Positions 55,536 to 64,000 of a stretch of DNA of 64,000 nucleotides are shown here, in pieces. Position 1 is the first letter of the stretch. Every line of letters begins with the position of its first letter. Made by a program: the position numbers and the translations under genes. The notes beneath the pieces were generated by a model that was not told the origin of the DNA, ran no database searches, and saw only the letters and a list, made by a program, of their open reading frames with translations. The stretch is from contig OZ024740.1 in assembly GCA_964016885.1 (NCBI GenBank), positions 153,946,001-154,010,000 of the forward strand, written 5' to 3'. Source of the stretch: Eledone cirrhosa. Taxonomy: Eukaryota.

Positions 55536-56748
55536 TAACCTACAAGTTCTATCTAGGTCGACCCTTCATATCACAAATTTGTGATCTGAATAGGTGACGG
55601 TTCGGAAATCTGGACAAGCTATTATATCTGTATCTACTGATGTAAGGAAAAACCTATCGAAAAGCCACAAATTGATTTACAAACTGCCAAAAAGCAAATA
55701 ACCTATTAGGTGAGAAAGCAACCAGAAAAGCAGTACATTTATATACCACTTCTTAAATATAGTGGTAGACTCTGCTCTAAATCATACTCTACTGTATTTA
55801 AAAGCATGAAGGATACATTGGACATAAAGTAGGAATAGAATATAAAGAACGATCGGATGACCGTAACCGAATCCCTTTTCTTTTTTATTACATATAGGTC
55901 TGCTCGATCGAGGTTGACCTGAGGGATAATCAACACCCACGGAAGACAAACAGCTATGGATTGACAATGAAAAATGTCCTGACAGTCATACAGTGGTGGT
56001 TGTTTCGCTTGTTTGTGCTCTGAGTTCAAATCCCACTGAGGTCAACTTTACCTTTTATCTTTTCGGCAACGAAAAGATATAGTTCCAGTTTAGGGTAATG
56101 GATTCGCGGAATTGTTAAAGCATTGAATGAGATGCCTTAGGTATTTGTCTCTGTTCTTTGTGCGGTAACTACAAATACCATTGCAGCCTGCTTGTATAGT
56201 AGACAACACCACCTGACATTTGGGTGCCTTTAGTATTGCAAGCATTCGAAATAAGTAATTGAGTTGCAGATAACTTCCTTCTTCCTTTCCACCATTACAT
56301 CCTCTCACTAGTCATGAAATTGCTGAATTGCTGAAGCATGGACATTGCCCTTCCAACCCTCATTTACAAAATAAAAAAAAAACAACAAAAAAAAACAGCT
56401 GGACAGACAGAGGGACAGACATACAGACATACAACCGAACCGAGCAGACAGTCAGGCAACCAGATAGTGAAACAATCACACAGCCAACAACATAAACATT
56501 AATAGAGGAGTTGGAGAGGGTGGAGACACTTAACGTCTTTTTATCGCGAGAGAGTATTTGATTTATAATTTCCTTTCCACCCAAGTTCGCACCAAACAAT
56601 TGCCACAAGAAGGTAAACAATACCATTTGTTTACACAATCATTATCAAATTCTCCTCCAGGCATTTCAATTGATTTATTTACTTATTTTTTAATTTTTAT
56701 TATTATTGTTATATATATATATCTATCTGTGTGTGTGTGTGCGTGTAT

Positions 56749-56822
<74 letters not shown>

Positions 56823-56888
56823 ATTTATATATACATACATACACACATACAGACATATTCATATATATGCATGTATGTATATATTTAT

Positions 56889-56933
<45 letters not shown>

Positions 56934-57444
56934 CACACACACATACATACATACATATGTATTTATATATATATATATATATATTCACACATATATATGT
57001 GTGTTTTACAAATACTTGTTGCTGTAGTTATCGGTTGTGTTGGTGTTGATATTGTTGTATTTCATATATTATTCACATACTATTTTTATTATTATTATTG
57101 ACCAAGACACATATTCCACACAGCTGTTAAAACATTGCATTATTTGAAGTGAACTCATTTGAAGTCCGTTTGATTTGCTTACAAAACATTCTACCTATCT
57201 CTCTTTCCATTCATCAGTCTATCTGCTTGTCTATCTATAATACTACTGCACGCCAGATCACAACTGAGCTCAACTAGTTTTAAGCCAGCTAAAGACCCTC
57301 AGGTCCCGCATTTTTCACCTCCATCACCTTTTAAAATAAATCTATTTATCCATCTATTCAACTATCTCTGTCTCACTCTCTATATTTCACTATTTCTTTC
57401 CCCCTTTTCTCTCTCTCTAACTCCCTCTCTCACTCTCACCCTCA

Positions 57445-57567
<123 letters not shown>

Positions 57568-57627
57568 AATACTGATCGTAACTGCACTCCTTGTTATTGT
57601 TTTTTGGTTTTGTTTTACTTTGCTGCC

Positions 57628-57675
<48 letters not shown>

Positions 57676-57679
57676 ATTT

Positions 57680-57739
57680 AATATAGAAATAGCTTCTACA
57701 GGACTAGAACTGTTTCGTTCGAAGGAAATCACCTGGAAA

Positions 57740-57742
<3 letters not shown>
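57680..57742 (-). mobile_element. H7-family fragment with degraded HHR core between (TA)n tracts
   Basis: Minus: ttc CAGGTGA tttccttcgaac GAAA cagttctagtcctg TA gaagct. Confidence 0.7.
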
Positions 57743-57779
<37 letters not shown>

Positions 57780-57859
57780 TTTTCCGTAGTGTTGTAATAA
57801 CTGTTATTGAAACACGTGTCAATAAATTCCTTTTAACTGAACTGTATCCATTTAGATCC

Positions 57860-57894
<35 letters not shown>

Positions 57895-58017
57895 TCGAAG
57901 TTCACCTTGAACTCTCTACTAACTCTCTACCTACACCTGACTTCTGTTTTTATTGTTCTATGCACACAAGCACACACACTCACACACAGCCATACACACA
58001 TACACACACATTTATAA

Positions 58018-58057
<40 letters not shown>

Positions 58058-58384
58058 TTTACACTTTCAAAATGTCTATTTATTTATCAATTTTTCTTGT
58101 TATTTCTGAGTCTACTTATTTTTCTACCTACCTTAGAAAAAAATAGTTTTTATAGGGTGTAGTTTTTTATAAGGTGTATTTTTTTAGTTTTGTCTTCATC
58201 ATTCAGTATTCACACAATAATAGTGAGATAAGGTGGCACAGTTGTAAAAATACTGTAATCCATTGCTTTAATGCTTTGGTTTGTTTAGCCTGATTTTATC
58301 TATTTTTTATATGAATGCAGTGTTTAGTAATGATATTTTTCGTATGATCTCTCTCTCTATATATATGCATGTATGTATGTTGGT

Positions 58385-58632
58385 AGGTAGGTAGATGTGT
58401 ACGTATGTATACATGTACCTATGTATGTACGTATGTATGAATATATGTATGTATGTATACATGTACCTATGTATGTATATATGTACGGATGTATGTATAC
58501 ATGTACCTATGTATGTACGTATGTATGAATATATGTATGTATGTATACATGTGCCTATGTATGTATGTATATATGTACGAATGTATGTATGTATATATGT
58601 ATGAATGTATGTATATATGTACCTATACATGT
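58385..58632 (+). repeat. (TATG)-derived minisatellite with recurring tatacatgtacctatgtatgta unit
   Basis: Read directly; about 5 degenerate units. Confidence 0.8.
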
Positions 58633-59382
58633 CCTAGTGTTTTGTTTATATACTTGCAGGCATTACATTTTATCATTCATATCTACCTACTACTATGAGG
58701 TTTAATACATATTTTTAAAATCCTTACATTCTGGTTATCTCTATTTCCAGGTCTTTATATTAGGAAAATATACATAAAAAATAACATTAAAACTATAGAC
58801 ATTGAGAGCATGAATCATAAAGACAGACATGTCTTAAGGAAAATAACAAAACCGAACGAAATCTAACTCCAGCGTGCCTAGAGAATACCGATCAACAAAA
58901 GCCGAATCCAGATCTCCACCAACGAAAAAAGAACACAAATGATTATAAGAATGATCTAAGAATAGAAAGTTCTAAAACTGGAAGTTTTGAATTCGACAAT
59001 AATCTAAAGGTGAAATAGTAAATGTATGAAATCGATATATTCTTCCCATAGTCTGTCAGTCTTTCTATAGATATTGCTTTTCTATAGACCAACGAAAATA
59101 CCGCACCAAAGATAAAACTTCACAATAAAATAGCAACGATAAAAAGAATGCAAAAATTGCCATCTTATACGTACTAGAAACAGATGAGAATATTCATATC
59201 ATCCTGAGGATAAGTCAGCTAATACAGAAACAGCAGTGGTCACAGAGGAGAAAAGAACTTTTTAAGCTGTCTCATTTGGAAACGTTTATCAGTGCTCAAG
59301 CCAAATATATGAAATATGAAATCAGAAAATACATACATATATACATACATAAAGATAGATAGACTGACACATACATACATAC

Positions 59383-59610
59383 ATGGAACAGTAAAAATAT
59401 GTAAAACATTCCCAAAATTTTGCATCTAATAACTGCATATACACATGTACAGATACAAAGCATATATACACATGCACACATACAACTCAAAACATACACA
59501 TCCACACATACAATAACATCCATATCTACACATGTAGGCATGCATACATAATCTACCTAGTTGATGTTCTGTAAATTCCAATGAGAGAGTCTTTATAAAA
59601 CCAGAAGAAC
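59383..59610 (+). mobile_element. R4/Dong-like element, short 3'-end copy in (ACAT)n
   Basis: Direct repeat of about 60262-60530 (with an internal deletion), flanked by acat repeats. Confidence 0.78.
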
Positions 59611-59649
59611 ATACATACATACATATATACATAAATACATACATACATA

Positions 59650-60530
59650 CAGGAGATTAACATGAAATACCTGATTCACAAAAGAGATAGGGATGCAGCC
59701 AAAACACCTAGATGTGATAACAAGTGCAGACTCTGCATATCTAACATCGAGGATATCACCCATGTCATCAGCAGCTGTCCAAAGATGTCATCGCGGTACT
59801 ATCTACCTATGAGGCATGATGTAGTGACCAAAACACTGTACAATGCAGTTCGTAAAAAAGATAGCCCCGATAATAAACACATTAAAAGCTACAGCAATGT
59901 GGAAGACATCCATGTACATAATATAAAAGAGTACTGGTGAAATGTTCCAGTAAAAACCCTAATAAAATGCAGGCATAACAGACCAGATATTATGATATGG
60001 GACAAGGAGAAGAAAGCATGCACAGTAGTGGAAATTAGCTGCCCAACAGATGCCAATATAATATCAAAAATTAATGAAAAGGAGAATATTTATGCAGAAT
60101 TAATGAAAAATCTGCACCTCATTACGCCTTCAGATTCATGTCTGTGATTATTGGGGCACTGGGGTATGTTAGTAACTGCCTCAATACAAATCTTGAGAAG
60201 CTAGACTTCACAGGAACAGAAAGAACACAACTAGTTAGGAAATTACAAGTACAATCCATTAATGGAACAGTAAAAATATGTAAAACATTTCAAACATTTT
60301 GTATCTAATAACTACAAATACACATGTACAGATGCAAAGCATATACACATGCACAAATACAACTCAAAACATCCACATCCACACATACAATAACATCCAT
60401 ATCTACACATGCATACATAAATATCTACCTAGTTGATGTGTAAATTCCAATGAGAGAGTCTCGTGTCTGTGTTAGAAACCGACTCTCTCTTTATTGGTAA
60501 AACTTTGTGAAATTATAAAACCAGAAGAAC
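59650..60530 (+). mobile_element. R4/Dong-like non-LTR retrotransposon 3' fragment (CCHC knuckle and restriction-like endonuclease)
   Basis: CRLCISNIEDITHVISSC, RHDVV, HNRPDIMIWDKEKKACTVVEISCP, KINEKENIY, VIIGALG. ORF remnant 59650-60308 with a stop and frameshift. Confidence 0.88.
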
Positions 60531-60606
60531 ATACATGATGGCTGCCCCTTCGTTATCGAGTATGGCTATTGCAGGATTTACCATTATTAATAATTATTAA
60601 TTTTTG

Positions 60607-60751
60607 ACGCATAGAGTTACAGCCCTTGCAATTCTGAGTTCAAATCCCGCCGAGGTTAACTTTGCCTTTCATCCTTACGGGATCGATAAAATAAAGCACC
60701 CGTAATGTACTGGGTAATTGCTGGCCTTGTGCCAGAAGTAGAAACAATTAA
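60607..60751 (+). mobile_element. SINE S1, 5'-truncated
   Basis: gagttcaaatcccgccgaggttaactttgcctttcatcc..gataaaataaagcacc..ctggccttgtgcc..aattatt. Confidence 0.85.
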
Positions 60752-60877
60752 TTAATTCTATCGTGCAGTGCCTGTGCATGAAGTTTTTTTTAAAGTGAGG
60801 AAAGACTGTGCACTGAGCCAATCCCACTCTCTGGGCGACAGTAGCTATAACCCGAAAAGAAGAAAAGATCAACATAA

Positions 60878-61289
60878 TCAGGTTTTATATCGGAGTTATC
60901 CCAGTTTCCTGAGTTGCCTTCTAGAAGAATGCCCTGACAAAGGCTAGGGGTCCTTCACTCCCAGTGGTTTAACCGCGCAATCTGGTATCCAGCCTGACTA
61001 TTTCTATGTCCCCGCACATATACATACATACATATGCACACATGCATATACATATATATATATACATATATACATGTGTATATACATATTTACACATTTT
61101 TGGATGGTCGTTGACTCTCATGAGTTCTTCCTCCCTTTGTCAGGTTTTGTTTTTTGTCCTACACGGTGTCCAAAATCACCCCCCTCACCAAGAAAACTTG
61201 GTGGGGTTGCTGGTCACCGACGACCCGACCATGCGACAGGTTGTACTGGGTTACATGTTACCAGTAGCACTTAAGAGTGACCCGACATA
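60878..61289 (-). mobile_element. R5 (RTE-like 5' UTR) copy interrupted by a microsatellite
   Basis: 61100-61289 and 60878-60970 match 27248-27520. Confidence 0.6.
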
Positions 61290-61409
61290 ACATACATACA
61301 TACATACATACATACATACATACATACATACATACATACATACATACATGATGATGGCTGCTCCCTCGTTATCGAGTATGGCCATTGCACGAGAAAAATA
61401 ACCCATAAT

Positions 61410-61492
<83 letters not shown>

Positions 61493-61568
61493 GCGTGCAC
61501 ACACATAAACATATCTATACACACACACACGATAGCAATTAATAGCGCTGCGATCGAATGTGGCTTTT

Positions 61569-61612
<44 letters not shown>

Positions 61613-62954
61613 TACATACATACATACATACATACATACATACATACATACATACATACATACACACATACATACATACATACATATATGCATACACACA
61701 CATACACAAACAAAGATACACACATACTCACAAAAAACTGCCCCAACGGTTTATCGACTGCTACTAATCACTTCCTCCCCTAAAATAGCCAAACCACCGT
61801 TGCTAAAAATTAATGAAAAGTAGAACATTTATGGTGAACTAATGAGGAATCTGGAGATACTCCACTTTGTTTTTTGAATATTTTCCCAACTGCCTCAGTA
61901 CAAATCTTGAAGTTAGTATTACCAACCAAAAGCTAAGTATATTATAGCCATACCAGGATGAACAGTTTAAGGTATACGAACATGGATTAATGCTAATCAA
62001 TAACGAGCTAATGCAAACGGTTCAGCGAACTATTCAAAACAACTGTACACAATAGAACAGATTTAAGAAATCAATCAAAGTATTTGTGTTGATGATGATG
62101 ATTAGGATGATGGTGATAAGGAGGAGGGGGAGGAGGAGAAGGAAGAGGAGGATGAAATGATGATGATGATGATGATAGGAGGGTGAAAAACGACAATGAG
62201 AAGAATGATTAAACAAGGAACTGTATTCTGACAATCCTTTGTTTCTCTCTCTCTGTCAGTCTCTCTCTCTCTCTCTCTTCCACTCTCCCTCCCCCACTTT
62301 TCCCCCTCTCTCTCTACATGTCTCACAATATGTGTATATATGTGCCTATATGCATGTGTGTGTAAACCTATATATATATATAATATATATATATAATATA
62401 TTTATATATATACACACACATATGTATGAATATATAAATCTGTGTATATGCATGTGTGTGTGCGTGCCTGCGTGCGTGTATTTGGGTGCAATGAGTGCTT
62501 TAGAGAAAAATGTTCCTAGCAAAACGAGTTCGCCAGCCAGTTTTAAGTTTCAGCTCAAGGCAATTCATATAATTTAAACCCCTAATGTCCTTAAGAAATT
62601 GCACACATAAATATAAAATGTCAGTTATAAAAACCAGTACTAAGAACAATCGTTTCAAATTCTTCTACAAAATCTGCACGACTTAAAGAAAAGTTATAAT
62701 GGATTACGCAAACACTGTTTAATAACATATTTCCAGGCACGTTAGTTGGCCAATGTACACAGAAATTCTGAAATAAATCAAGTCACTGAAAAGGAACAAC
62801 AGGTATGCTGTCGAGTAAAAATACACAATATACTCATAAAGTATACTACATGCAGCAAATGAACACTGATTATAAAACTGATGAATGTTTCCCCATAAAA
62901 TGTATAAAACTGAATACAGAATGTATCAACTTTATCCATAAATAAATATTTAAA

Positions 62955-63871
62955 ATATAGGCACAACACCAGAAATTTGTGAGAAGAGAAACAGTTGATT
63001 ATATCGATCTCTCACTAAGAATGAAAAGCAAGACCTCAGTGGGAATTAAATACTGAACGTACAGAGCCCGACACTCTAACGATTCGGCTACTACACCACC
63101 CTATTTGTATTTTTATTATTAATATACATGACGGTGTTAAAATTCCGCTGAGTTAGTTTTGCCTTCCATCCTTACAGGGTCAATAAAATAAAGTACCAGT
63201 AACGCACGGGGCTCAATTTTAGTTGGGGTCGATTTAAGACTTTCCTCTCTCCCAAAATTGTTGGCCTTGTGCTTAAATCAGAAAGCATTATTTATATATA
63301 TATGAGGGCGGTGAATTGGCAGTATCGGTAGAGGGTCGGATGCCATGCTTTCTAGCATAGTTACGTCCCTTTACAGTCTGAGTTCAAATCCCGCCTTTCA
63401 AATAACTTTGCCTTTCATCCTTACGGGGTCGATAAAATAAAGTACCAGTAATGTACTGGGTAATTGCTGACTTTGTACCTAAAGTAGAAACAATTATTTA
63501 TATAGATGGATGAGTTAAAATTCCACAGAGGTTAACTTTGCCTTTCATCCTTCCAGTGTTAATAAAATAAATACCGGTGAAATACTGGAGTCGAATTAAT
63601 CGACTTAACCCTATTCCAATATTGCTGGCCTTGTACTTAAGTTAGAAATATTTATTCATATAAATATAAGGGGACAGTGGATTAGCAGACTCGTTTGAGC
63701 GTCGGATAAGTGCTTAGTAGCTCTTTACATTCTGAGTTCAAATCCCGCCCAGGTAAGCGTTGCTTTTCATTCATCTGGGGTAGATAAAGTACCAGTAGAG
63801 TACTACTCGATTTAATCGATTTTCTATTCCTCTCAAATTGCTGACCTTGTGTCTAAGCTAGAAATAATTAT
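62955..63871. mobile_element. Cluster of five S1-type SINEs (62955-63100 minus; 63136-63290, 63305-63497, 63511-63654, 63670-63871 plus)
   Basis: Repeated B box, tttgcc(t)ttcatcc..ataaaataaa(g)tacc core and ctg(g/a)ccttgt..attatt tail. Confidence 0.85.
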
Positions 63872-64000
63872 TAATCTAAATGATCAATGGTGGAGCCCCA
63901 ACATGGCTTCAGCTAGTAGGTTGAGACACGTAAAAAAATAAAAGAGTAGCATAAAAAATTACACTAAAAGGCTGTACGCAAGTTCAAATTGACTGCTACA

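Overview
AT-rich, gene-poor eukaryotic DNA saturated with (TA)n, (CA)n, (GA)n and (TACA)n microsatellites and decayed transposons. The SINE families and repeat landscape suggest a cephalopod (Octopus-like) intergenic or intronic region; this is inference. No host protein-coding gene is supportable, and most listed ORFs are microsatellite artefacts. Recognisable elements: five 5'-truncated Penelope-like retroelements (PLE; RT and/or GIY-YIG remnants), an internally deleted mariner, a Chapaev3-like DNA transposon, two non-autonomous Helitron-like elements, RTE, R4/Dong-like, Tx1/L1-like and APE-LINE fragments, and many tRNA-derived SINEs. The most striking signal is a dense set of minimal type-I hammerhead ribozyme (HHR) motifs (CUGANGA-stem II-GAAA-palindromic stem III-UH). 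About 20 complete or near-complete motifs plus several half motifs come from 10 or more unrelated repeat families. They mostly sit in inverted (fold-back) terminal repeats next to (TA)n. Several short fold-back elements have their symmetry axis inside or right beside the ribozyme, and most families use a different stem-III palindrome. All structures were parsed by eye and need computational and biochemical confirmation.
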